Both the position numbers and the translations under genes were made by a program. The notes under the pieces are model-generated. The model saw nothing but the letters and a program-made list of their open reading frames with translations. It did not search any database and was not told the DNA's origin. Positions 47,537 through 58,703 of a stretch of 64,000 nt of DNA are shown piece after piece; position 1 is the first letter of the stretch, and each line of letters begins with the position of its first letter. The stretch is from Macrostomum lignano (taxonomy: Eukaryota): contig NIVC01000075.1 of the NCBI GenBank assembly GCA_002269645.1, positions 124,001-188,000 on the forward strand. Reading direction: 5' to 3'.

Positions 47537-49562
47537 CTTCTTCATTCCGCTCTCCATTGTCGGGCACTTCGTCATCGTGTAGCTCAGCGGAATTCCCTGC
47601 GCACTCTACTTCTGGCCTGGGTTCGGAATAATAATACGGGCTAGTACTAGAGCCGCCAGTGCCATTATTTCTGCCATTAGTACTACTGCCGCCATTAACA
47701 ATAGCACCAGCTGCAATACAATCGGACACTGGCACTATTACAGGATGATGCATTGGCTGCATTGACATTGTCACTGGCGGCTGCTGACTGGGATGAGGCC
47801 CATGGTGATAACTAGTTGGCGGCGGCATCTGCGGCTGGCCATAGACTAAATGCTGCGGCGGCGGTTGCTGACCGGGCGCCGGTAGGAAATGCGGGCCAAT
47901 CATACTTGATAGATCCAGCTGCATCGGATGCTGCGGATGATGCTGCTGCTGCCGCTGCGGATGATGATGAGGCGCCGCGTACAAACCGGAGTGGGAATAA
48001 TCCGATTGGGCATAGTCAGACATTGGCGGAGCGTGCGACATGGCGTGATGATGGTGAGGATGATGATGATGATGATGCGGTGGCGGATGCTGATGATGGC
48101 CATACTGCAGGGGCATGGACTGGCTGACCTGCGGAATAGGCGGTGGCAGCATCATGGACTGAGGCGGCGGCGGCGGCGGATGAGTCTGGTGATGAAGCTG
48201 ATGCTGCAGCTGCATTGGCAGCGATATTTGCTGAGAGTACAATTGCAACTGGTGCTGTTGTTGCAACAAATGTTGCTGCTGTTGCTGCTGCTGCTGAACG
48301 GAGACACTCGAGGAGGTCGGACTAGTGACCTGGGAGCCGGGCAAGGACGCAGCCCGTACAGCGTTCCGATCCACGAGCACAACAACTTGATCGTTGTCTT
48401 CGTCGTCCTCGGCATAATCCAGCCCCTCGGCATCGCTGTCAACAGCGCGGCCGCCGTTTAACATACCGGCTTCATCGTCGGCAATGGGGCGCAACATGCC
48501 CTGACAGATTAGCGGCGCGAACTCTTCTTCAAATGGCGATATTGCGTTCAAAGCAACTGAGGGCGCGGATGAACGCGCCGCCGCGGTAGTGGCACTGAAT
48601 GTGTACACCTGGCGCGGCAGGTCGGGATTCTCCTGCAATCGAATGTCCCGATGATGAGAAGCAGCATGACTGCTAACCGTTTCTTTAACGGCTCCGGTCA
48701 GCAAGTCGGAGAAATCCGCAGCCAATTTAGCTGCAAAATCTTCGTCAACAACGGCATGGTCAGTTTCGGTGTCATTATCGGGCCAGGCTTCGACACGCAG
48801 CACCCGCCTAGATCGGAATCGGCACTCGCCAGCTGATCGCAATAGAAACGCTCGACCATCTTGGCCGCCAATGCGATTTGCGAACCAATTTGGGTCTTTT
48901 AGCACAGCCTGTTGAGCTGGTTCCGCTAAGCAGCACTCAAAGCTGAGCTCAGGCACAGCCGAATACCTGGTATCGGATTCAGCATCCACTATGCGATCTC
49001 TACTGATGTTTTCAGTTTTGCCAAGATCAAAGAATCGAACTGACACGCTGGCGGATGATTCGGAGAGGACTCGCCCGCGACCCCAGGTGCCGTCGCGACT
49101 CATGGCGTACACTCGCTGATCCGGACGCAGCGCCAATGGGGAAGTTGCCTTAGCAGAGCAAGCTTCAAGAACAGTTCGAAAGCCCGGCTCAACAGCTCTG
49201 CGCAGTTGTAAATCAGACTGGATATGGCTGATCAGCTCGAATCGGACTGGGGATGCCTGGCAAGCTGTAAATATGCCATACGGGGACAGATCGGACAGTA
49301 GGCAGCAGCGAACTATAGGCCGCCGAGATTTGTCACTGTTTGCGGTTAACGATTTCAAATCTTTAGCAAGATAATTGAAAGCCGTCTGACCGAGTGCGCC
49401 GTCGCATTCCTGTCTGACAGAGAGCTTATCTAAGCGATGCTTCAATTCGGTTAGGCTAGCAAGTATGTCGGAATTGGCTGGCAACGGCAAAGCGTACCAA
49501 CCAGTCGGGTCGGTGTCCATCAGATTCTCCGAGGGTAAGCAGCGCTGGAGGCTGGGCTTCAT
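47537..49562 (-). CDS. Tudor protein, large exon with an extended Tudor domain and a Q/H/P-rich region
   Basis: tctcag|ATG. Tudor-like VYAMSRDGTWGRGRV..VSVRFFDLGKTE..YSAVPELSFECCLA. Donor G|gtaatt, phase 1. Confidence 0.88.
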
Positions 49563-49647
49563 CTGAGACAGAAAGTCGGGCGGCTTATATAGTGGTCTAA
49601 ATGCATGATAACAATGAATTACAAAGTATTCAGTGCTATTAACTCAC

Positions 49648-49918
49648 CTGATTCATACTAAGAAACTTCTGCAACAACTCATCGTCACTTTTTGCGCTAC
49701 TAACTGCGTCCAGTTGAAGACTCAAATCGGTAAAATCTGTAACAGACTTGTCTAGACGCTGTTTTGTCTTAACAAGATTGTCGCGTTTCTCGTCGTAACG
49801 GCTGGACACGAAGTTGATAGCATCCTTGCGCAGACTGTTTACCTGGTCGGTAAGGCCAGCCAATTTAGCCACTATTGCGTCCGCGTCTGCGTTAATCCGA
49901 GCGCTAACGGCCTGGCAG
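49648..49918 (-). CDS. Tudor protein, coiled-coil exon
   Basis: tttccag|C (phase 2) to CAG|gtgagt. Heptad-like AIVAKLAGLTDQVNSLRK..LVKTKQRLDKSV. Confidence 0.8.
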
Positions 49919-50035
49919 CTGGAAAAACAATAGGTGAAAAATTGCATGCCATTGTATGCTTTTTAGCTCGTTGCTTTGTGTCTTTTCTCCACCAACCTGC
50001 CTCGCTTGTAAATGCACCAAAAAAACAATACTCAC

Positions 50036-50160
50036 TCCTCTTCGATCAGGCTAGAGTCCTTTGAACACAACAGATTCTGTAGCTCCTGGGAGCAGTGTTT
50101 TGCTGCAGCCAGATAAGTGGCACAGTCTTGCTTTTCTTTTTCCCACAGCTCGAACAGCGC
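50036..50160 (-). CDS. Tudor protein, coiled-coil exon
   Basis: ttcag|GCG..GA|gtgagt. ALFELWEKEKQDCATYLAAAKHCSQELQNLL, phase 0 to phase 2. Confidence 0.7.
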
Positions 50161-50261
50161 CTGAATTTTTTAGTGTTTTTTAGTGTTATTGCAAAGCAGT
50201 TTTAATTCATTAAAAAGTTAATTACAAAAAAGCAAGTTGAAACATGCAGTGAGCTGCTCAC

Positions 50262-50356
50262 CTCTTTAGACACCAAGGTTGGCTTGTGGGCAACAGCTAA
50301 TGGTCCAACATGATACTCAAAGAAACAATTGGAGCACAGCTGCACCTGACCATTGC
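50262..50356 (-). CDS. Tudor protein, B-box second half
   Basis: Acceptor taacag|GC (phase 1). SNGQVQLCSNCFFEYHVGPLAVAHKP completes a CxxC..CxxC..CxxC..H..H B-box. Donor GAG|gtgagc. Confidence 0.75.
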
Positions 50357-53300
50357 CTGTTAATGGAAAAATGGATGCAATATGAAACATAAATTATTCT
50401 TTACATCTTTTTGTAACATAAATTAGCAAAAAACAGAGCTGTCAGTTCTTAATGTTGCCTGTCTTAATTACAATATAATAAATTTTGTTTTTAACAATTT
50501 CTCAATAGATAAATACAGTGCTGCTCTCTCTATTATATATATAGGGAAAACATTCTAGAAAGTCCATGCTAAGACTTCCAAAAACTGCAAAAACTTTTCC
50601 ACTTAACTAAGTTTTAATATTGATAATCAGCTTATCTAAAAAAGGTATTGCTAAGAAATAAAAATATAAAAATAGCATCAAGAATATATGCCTATATAAA
50701 TTTATTTTGTAACTTGAATAAAGATAGCCACAAAATTAGGCATTTTTGTTTTAAACTTGTTGGGTATAATTTTGATTTTGGCTAATACACTTTTTCAGGT
50801 ACATTGATGCCCAAAATTTTAGGCTCATGATAAAAGAATTGTTAGAATCTTTTGCTCTGCTATATATGTTGCACATTTTAAAAAAAGGTTCAAGTTCTAT
50901 TTTCATTATATTGTCAGATGAATGCTTGAACCTTGAATTGAATGCAAATAGTGCCTTAGTCAAAATAGTATACAAAAGAAAGAACTTGAAAGGTATGTTA
51001 GAGACTTATCACCTTAACAATGGACTAAGCACTACTAAGATAAGGATAGAATACTACAATTATTAGGAAGTTGCAACTAGTGAATCTATATAAATTGATA
51101 ATATACCTAAAAAAAAGTCAACATAGAAAGAGGCAAATCTAAATCTGCCCATATTAACTTGTCCCCAACCTCTAGTGTCTACCTTATAGGTCTTATAGGT
51201 TTGTCTTATCATTAAACTTGTAGGCTCCACAGATCACCCTTTCTTTATTTGATTGCTAACCTGTCAGTTAGCAACCCTCTAAACACCAAAAACACAGTCT
51301 TTTACATTGGTTAATATTGATTGAAGACTTAAGAAGGCAATGCAATAGGTATATTCTTATTGTACCTGCCTCTAGTATAGATTCTAAGCATTTTTTTAAT
51401 GCTAAGATAATGATTATAGCTAAAAAGAGAAATTGGCTCTTAGCTAAAACTGTGCAACAGCTATTGTTTATCAAAGCTAATTTGAACTTGAAGCTATAAA
51501 TATGTTTAATAAATAATAACACCTTTAAATATTTTGAATATGAATAACCAAAGCCAAGAACAAATAAGAATCAAATATAAAACTTTCTTCAAAGTCTGCA
51601 TATATGATTGCTTTATTGGCTTCAAAACTTTGGGTGATTTATAGGTTTTGGGTCTAGATGAATTATTATTTCAAGTTTTAAATATCAGTTAAAATCATTT
51701 TAGGTCTTAAAGCTTAAAATGCTCAGAAGCTTAAACATAAAAATTTAGTCTATAAAAATTCAGAACTTAGTCAACTATAACAAATATTAGGTTAGTTATC
51801 TCATTTATTTATCATCATACAAAAATTTAATCTCTTATTGCTAGACTTAAAAAGTCTTGCATTTTATACTATATATTTAACTTAACAAATGCAAATAATA
51901 TAGTTGTATATCCTAAAAATATTGACTTTATCATAAACTAAATAACTTCCTAGCTTGTAATATTTAAAGTTAATTAAGGCACTTTTAATAAGATCATATT
52001 GCCAAGGACATTCACACTATTAGGGCTATTGATTGGGTAGCCTGCCTAATTAAAAGGGCAATTTTCTACTATTGTTATTTATTGCTATAGTGATTATACT
52101 ATATACAATAAATCAATTATTGTTAAGATAAATGTAAAAAGTAATATTAGGGCTTAAATAATTACATGACAATATAAATAGTGAAGCTATTATTTTTATA
52201 GTGATTTTATCAATGACTAAATGGCTATTTTAGCCATTGAAAGTAATATTATCACATTATATTTATAATTAAGTTAGATGAAGCCCATACTCTCAATAGA
52301 ATATACCCTAAAAATTCAGGTATACATTAGCATTAGCCTTGTATGCCAAGTCAAATATGTATAGTTGGCAATTTGGCATGTATGATTCTTAACAACATAG
52401 TGTGCATACACACCTGGCATGTACTTTTTAGAATCACATAAAAGAGTTGCTATAAAAAAGATAGAAAAATTCACTTTTAAGCGTAAATTTCAAGTTTTCT
52501 AGTTTTTAGCTTGTAATAAGACAGTCAAACAAATGTTTATACATATTAATTTTCCACTCTAAATAGTATTAGCAAGAAAGATAAATAATCAACCAAATTA
52601 TCAGCCAAAAACATTTTTATAGAACTCAAAAAATGTCATTTATTGTTGCAACACTGGCCTAGACAAGTGTGGGCACTAGGCATGCATTTACTATGGGCTA
52701 GGGCCTAAGATAAGGGACGTTATCCTGAAGATTCCCGCATTTAATTATAACCCCCACCCCCCATGGCCACCACCCTTGAATAGAGGGCAAAATAATTTGT
52801 AAAATAATTAAACGCAGGAATCTTCAAGATTGCCAGATAAGGATGGTCAGTTAAAAACTATAAGTTACTATAACTATTGTATCATTCACTCTTATTTTTA
52901 CTCTTATATTTACAGTACAGCTTCTTAGAATCTGTTAACGTCAAAGTAGTGGCTCTAAATTTTGGCAATAAGATGGCCGCCATCTCTATTGCTGAATGGA
53001 TTCTATATTAGTGACATGGCCACCTTCTATGTCTTTAAGTTTGAACCCATTCAAATATTCAATGCTAACGACACGGCCGCTGGCGATGTGCAGGGTTCCC
53101 ACTCTCGAGTGTGACACAACGGAAACGGCCGCCGTCTGTAAGTTTTTGCATTATAGACACGGCCACCGTGTATTTAAGCGTGGCCTTTGTTTTATATGTT
53201 GACCGTAGAAATAGTGTCATTTTGACGATTAATACGGTCACATTACAATAACAACTGCCAATTAAAAAACGAAAATTCCCTAGGCAGGCTAGGCTAAGCT

Positions 53301-53391
53301 GTCCATAATATGTCATGACAGATAAGACAGAACCCAAATATGCTCAAAATGTGAATCATTACTAGTTTCCACCGCAAAATGCGATACTTAC

Positions 53392-53452
53392 TTGTCGTGC
53401 ACCCTGTACAGTAGATTGTAGGAGGATTTTCTTTACACCTAGAACACTTCAT
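53392..53452 (-). CDS. B-box/coiled-coil/Tudor protein, first coding exon (B-box, first half)
   Basis: MKCSRCKENPPTIYCTGCTT, donor A|gtaagt (phase 1). Acceptor ttctcag at 53474-53476. Confidence 0.7.
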
Positions 53453-54450
53453 GTTCTCTCTGTGGTGCAATACCTGAGAAAATGAAAATGAAAACAAGCC
53501 TAGTTTTAAATAAAAATTTTATGTATATAAACAAAATGTGTACAATTTAGTGTAAATATATTGGGAAAGTTTAATTAACTACTTCTCTTGCTTACCACAT
53601 CTTAAAAAATTGATAGAAAATTGCGCAGTGTAAATGTTCATGTTAATAAAAAAACAAGATTCAAAAGCCGTTGGATGTCCACGACAGGGTTTGAAGTATT
53701 GAAGAGTGAAGACTATCAAAACACGCGCTTCTGATTGCGGATTATTTATTTGTACAATCCTTGCCGATCGATCTAAAAACGCGAGAGAGACACAAGAATT
53801 TTATACGACCCACAGCTTCACTACACTGTAAATTTGACTGAGTCTTGATTGCTTTCCATTTCAAATTTATTCTTCAAAATTTAAATTCATACTGTATTGA
53901 ATACTGTATTGAATACTGTATTGATTAATTGAGAGAGAAACCAACTGAGAGACCAACACTGTATCGCGTCACTCACTGTGCGCGGGCCCAATTTGCTACA
54001 TGAACAACCGCGTGGTAGAATCAAACTATATATATAACTGTACATGTAGTGTGCTAGAAAAACTACTAAACTCTGAGATTAACTTCAGGCTTCATTCCAG
54101 TCTCTAAATTGGCATCCCCTTTCGGAGAACATGTATGTACACATAACTTATTGTATAAGTTAGAGATTAGTAGGTATCCGTCTGTATCTTAATATATACA
54201 TGTATGTACAAAAAGAGAATTGCATGCAAGTTTGATTTAACTCCTCGAGTGTTTGATAGCAGACAGAAAAGAGTTCGGTGTATTTGTCGACGTCGTAATT
54301 TTTCCATTAAATCAAACCAAACAAAATACATCAGTAAAATTTATCCAGCACAACTAGACGACATAGAATCAGCCATGCCAGTATTTTAATCTCCCAATTA
54401 GTACGAGCACAGCACTATACTACTGCATGCTACTACTGTTTGAACTGACA

Positions 54451-54872
54451 TCAGTAGCCTTTGCAGAACACTCTGGCATCGCACATGCGTCTGCAACAAA
54501 GCGACATGGCCACGTGCGCGTGAATTCCTCGTTTAATTATTGTCGCCTCATCCGGCAGGTCGTAGTCGTCTAGAAGCTCGTCAGTTGATTTCTCGCTAGT
54601 AGGATTGCCGGATCTCTTTTTCCAAGGTGGCGGAGCGCTTAGCGGCAGATATCCCTGAGCCGGATCGATGTAGCCGTCTTTGATTCCGAAGCTCTCCAGG
54701 TGTTTGATTGACCGGCAGAGCCAGTCTATCATGACGGGACTGGCCGGACCGCAATAAAGGAATTTGCCTTTATGCTGTGACTCAGCGCTGGTTTGACAGC
54801 AGCTGATAGACATGACCATCAGACTCAGCAGGAGCGCAAGGCCTTGGCTCTTCCGTCCGGATAGAAGGTTTA
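54451..54872 (-). CDS. Insulin-like prepropeptide, main exon (signal h-region, B chain, C peptide, A chain)
   Basis: Hydrophobic GLALLLSLMVMSIS; B chain LYCGPASPVMIDWLC (C-x11-C starting CG, as in insulin); basic sites KKR and KR; A chain GIHAHVAMSLCCRRMC (GI start, CC-x3-C). Acceptor tttttag|TA, phase 1. Confidence 0.85.
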
Positions 54873-55127
54873 CTAAAACAAAGGATATAAAACGTTACAT
54901 GAGCGTATACAACAATGAGAAGTGAGTGCCGGTCTTAAGAAGCAAAGCCAGGAGGGCAAAAAATGGAAAGTTGAATGAAGTATGATAATCATTACAGTGA
55001 AGGGTTCACATTCTGAAAGTAGAGCTACAATTTTGAGAAATCTAAAGTCAATAACTGGGGAAAAGTAGCTATTTAGTGGCTAACACGTCCTGAATGCATT
55101 GGCATTGGCGGAATGAGCATGATTTAC

Positions 55128-55181
55128 CGATAGCCCCTTCACTTGGCTGTGGGTCAACCTGTAGAAGTATCAGAAGCCCTC
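55128..55181 (-). CDS. Insulin-like peptide, possible 54-nt cassette exon
   Basis: ttttgcag|GA..G|gtaaat, symmetric phase 1. Only this frame is open (GLLILLQVDPQPSEGAI). Confidence 0.45.
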
Positions 55182-55309
55182 CTGCAAAACGAATTACAAT
55201 TCAGCGACACAGCAACATAACATTGGCACGCTGTAGCAAAGCGTCTCAATTTCTACCTACTAAAAATTAATGACGCGAAAATGTACATGTCAGGTGAACA
55301 AAAACTTAC

Positions 55310-55319
55310 CGTTACCCAT
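55310..55319 (-). CDS. Insulin-like peptide, start exon (ATG GGT AAC G)
   Basis: ATG followed by the donor G|gtaagt in phase 1, which supplies a Met upstream of the signal h-region. Confidence 0.6.
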
Positions 55320-55849
55320 GACAAATGCTCGTTCGCGGCTCAAAAAACTCTTAAATCTACTATTTAGGAAGCTGAGAATTTCCAACTGGCAGCGACTGTG
55401 CGCTCGGCTACGAAGCGCTTAAATATACGCTTCAACGCTTCATCCGATCTTAGTCCAGATGTTCCACATCAATACGTTTCTCATCTTGATTCCAGATGCC
55501 TTCTATCATCCATGAGAATTCGCTGAGGCTTCTCAAAAGATTGCGAATCGGGTTACTGCGCGGCTAAACGCGTTATGTCGACAAAAATTGTGAAATAAAA
55601 ATACTTGGATTAAGCGCACAGTGCTAAAGATTTTCTTACTAGATTACCGTCTGGGACAGCGTCAAAAGGCGGGAACAGAACATTTTCTTTAGAGAATAAA
55701 GAAAATTAGAAAATTCTGCGAGTCGATGCTTAATTTTCCTGTCCGCCAGTTGAAAATTCTAAGAATCGAAGAATGAGCCATATTTGGAACGATTAAAATC
55801 ATAGCTGTCATCATGACTCTTGCATGGGGTCACGCAAGTCTGCCCTTAA

Positions 55850-56117
55850 CACTAGAACTACCAAGAGGGGGGCCCTGACAATGTTTTTTTGCTGCGCCGG
55901 ACTGAATACACTGGCGCTTATGGGAAAAATCCGACCTTCTGGCAAAATTGTCGAATATCTCGACGGTCCGAAGGGCTGGCAAATTGATTCTTGTTCGAAA
56001 AGGGGCGCAACTAAAAGTTAGCCTGTGTTCTTGAATTTCGTGTGCCTGCGTTGCTCCGTTCCGGCTCAGCAAAAAAATTGTCAGGGGGGATTCCCCCACT
56101 CTTGGTAGTTCGACGGG
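55850..56117. mobile_element. MITE/foldback-like element with ~47-52 bp imperfect inverted ends
   Basis: 55855-55901 (gaactaccaagag..ccctgacaat..tttttttgctgcgccgga) is the inverse of 56060-56111. The left end follows TTAA and starts CACTAG (piggyBac-like). No TTAA at the right end. Confidence 0.55.
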
Positions 56118-56348
56118 CGCAAAAATGGCTTGGTATTCCTACAGTCAATATAAGCGAGCAGAGACGGAAACAGGCGCAAACCAAGCACCAGGGTTTTGCT
56201 AAGAGGCGCCAGCACCGCCGCATTGCCCAGGAGCGCCAGCGCAAGGAACGCCAGCGCTAGGGGCACCAGAACCTTGTATGTCTCCCAAATAGCTTGTTGT
56301 GATTGTATAATTTTATTCTCTGGATAAAGCATTTCAGTTCAAGATATT

Positions 56349-56542
56349 GGGCCGTATGCAGAAAGCTCTGTCTAGGGTAGTCCGGTCTTGAAAAGCTAGT
56401 CTGGACTTGGATTTGATATGCAGAAACGCAAAGTCAGACCGGTCTACTATAGACAGAACTAGGGTAGCTAGACCATAGACTATAGACTGAACTACCCAAG
56501 CCCGGACTAGCTAGTCTGGACTAAGCTTTCTGCATACGGCCC
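56349..56542. mobile_element. PIF/Harbinger (Tourist-like) MITE, 194 bp
   Basis: Perfect 19-bp TIR GGGCCGTATGCAGAAAGCT / AGCTTTCTGCATACGGCCC, flanked on both sides by ATT (3-bp TSD). Confidence 0.85.
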
Positions 56543-57222
56543 ATTGACTATGTAGCTCTGGATTATCGGTAATCCATAATCTATATTTACGATAGATTGA
56601 AATCTATGGAAAGAGGTAGATTCATGCCCGTTGCCAATGGTATGCGCTGCAGGATGTTGCAAGTCTGTATAAAAAATATGTTCCTGACATTTGGACAAGC
56701 GCTTGTGAAATTCAATGTAAATTCAAAAAATTATCTTAATATTTATAGCGAAAGTGGGTGCTTGGAAAATTGATTTTAATATTGATATTTTATTCGCCGT
56801 GTTATCGCCTTGATTAGTATCCCTGAAAATTAACTTTGAAGGTATTGCTTAATCAAAAGCATAGGATTTACGTCAAAAATAAACAGATACATACATTTTC
56901 TATAGGCACATACTAGCTAATAATTTTTATCCAAGTTTGATGAGACGCATCGGAGGCATTTGCTTTATGGCGATAATCGTTCATTATAGATAATCAGAAG
57001 AATGAAAAACTGTTGTTGGGAATCAGCGAGCTACAGGGCTAATGGATGATAATCATGCAGTGTAGTGTCGATAATAAATTAATGGTTCCCGTAAATAGCT
57101 GCTAAAACGTACATGTAATCATGACTACTGTGAATATACTAGTCCTTCCTTCACATGGAAATCCACCGATCAATCCAGCTTGATTCGAGGGCTGCCATTC
57201 CGATCAGCTGACTGTCTGCCTG

Positions 57223-57386
57223 TCAGTTGGGGTTGTCGACCACCAGCACGGCCTCGCCGTCCTTGTCGATGCACTGGCAGTTTTCTCTCTCCTCGCCGTC
57301 GATATTTCTGCAGCGAAACGGCGCCGCGCCAATCGGCTTGCAGCTGAAGTCGGCAGCCACGCATTCTGGAATGGGCGAGTGGTGGA
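57223..57386 (-). CDS. vWA protein, probable last exon (acceptor uncertain)
   Basis: Open Cys-rich frame IPECVAADFSCKPIGAAPFRCRNIDGEERENCQCIDKDGEAVLVVDNPN*. A phase-1 acceptor ctaggcag|TC fits but lacks a good pyrimidine tract. Confidence 0.55.
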
Positions 57387-57424
57387 CTGCCTAGCAACTG
57401 GATTGTTGCGGAGCTGGCCGGGTG

Positions 57425-57903
57425 CAGTGACTGAGGGAGGGCTGGCAGACATGCAGTGACTGAGGGAGGGCTGGCAGACATGCAGTGACTGAGAGAGGGC
57501 TGGCAGACATGCAGTGACTGAGGAAGGGCTGACAGACATGCAGTGACTGAGAGAGGGCTGACAGACATGCAGTGACTGAGGGAGGGCTGGCAGACAGGCA
57601 GTGACTGAGGGAGGGCTGGCAGACAGGCAGTGATTGAGGGAGGGCTGGCAGACATGCAGTGACTGAGGGAGGGCTGGCAGACATGCGGTGACTGAGGGAG
57701 GGCTGGCAGACATGCAGTGACTGAGGGAGGGCTGGAAGACATGCAGTGACTGAGGGAGGGCTGGCAGACATGCAGTGACTGAGGGAGGGCTGGCAGACAT
57801 GCAGTGACTGACGGAGGCCTGACAGACATGCAGTGACTGAGAGAGGGCTGGCAGACATGCAGTGACTGAGGGAGGGCTGGCAGACATGCAGTGACTGAGG
57901 TGA
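57425..57903. repeat. 29-bp minisatellite CAGTGACTGAGGGAGGGCTGGCAGACATG
   Basis: About 16 copies; 29-aa ORF period. Confidence 0.96.
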
Positions 57904-57950
57904 CTTGGAGCGGCGCTGGAAGGGACGAAGAGCTGTGCTCAGACACTTAC

Positions 57951-58073
57951 TCTTAACTGAGGTTGGCAGGATTGTATTGCCGCTGGAGTCGCAGCGGAAG
58001 TCGTGGCACATGTTGGTCCAAGACTCGCCTTCCAGGTGGTCGCTGCCGTCAATCGGGTCGACGCAGGTGGCCT
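57951..58073 (-). CDS. vWA protein, VWC/FN1-like Cys exon
   Basis: cttttag|AG (phase 1). TCVDPIDGSDHLEGESWTNMCHDFRCD. Donor A|gtaagt. Confidence 0.75.
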
Positions 58074-58401
58074 CTAAAAGTTTGGTTCGCATTAAGTGCA
58101 TTTTGTAAGCTCAACTGAGCATGGTGCACTGAATATTTGAGTATTATTCTCCAGCAGTCCTATGACGGCTGGCGTTTGAGGCTACGGTGTCTTTTCATCG
58201 AGAGTCTTTCTTTGGGACTTAAAAGCAAACGATGAAAAAACTTTTGATTAAACCGTGAAATTCTTGGGCAACTCTTGAGCAACTCTCAAGTCTCAAGCTT
58301 TCAGGAAAATTGCACGTAGTATACTAGTATATCTGCATTATTGGTATTAAAGAGCATCACAATACACATGAAATATATAAAAATGAGAAAATGCAACTTA
58401 C

Positions 58402-58703
58402 TGCAACCATTACTTATTTCGTTTTTAAGATGCTTGATGCACGTTTTAACGGTGTCGTACTTGAAGTTTACAGTAGTGGTTTGCATTTTTTCAGACAGAC
58501 ACGGCGAGATGGACTTGATCTGAACATCAGCTTCGCACAACTTCGGATTTGGCGGCCTCAACTCCATGCAAAGCCGAGCTGAGAAATTTAAAGCCCAATG
58601 CCTTAGCTGATCAAATTTGTTGAAAATGAAGAGGTTTCTGTCGGACTCTGGCGAGGTGATCATCTTCAGCTCGTCACTGTAGTTGCAGGATGTTGTGTAG
58701 TTG
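58402..58703 (-). CDS. vWA C-terminal helix/strand plus Cys-rich segment
   Basis: ctcatag|C (phase 2). DELKMITSPESDRNLFIFNKFDQL..LC matches the vWA end motif EL..IAS.P..F....FD.L. Donor A|gtaagt. Confidence 0.8.

Noticed and set aside
54060-54100. SECIS element for the ILP UGA
   Set aside because: ATGA-N11-AA is present on the - strand with partial pairing, but the 3' GA of the non-Watson-Crick quartet is missing. Not called.
55824-56332. Short overlapping ORFs upstream of the ILP
   Set aside because: They overlap the inverted-repeat element and show no protein motifs.
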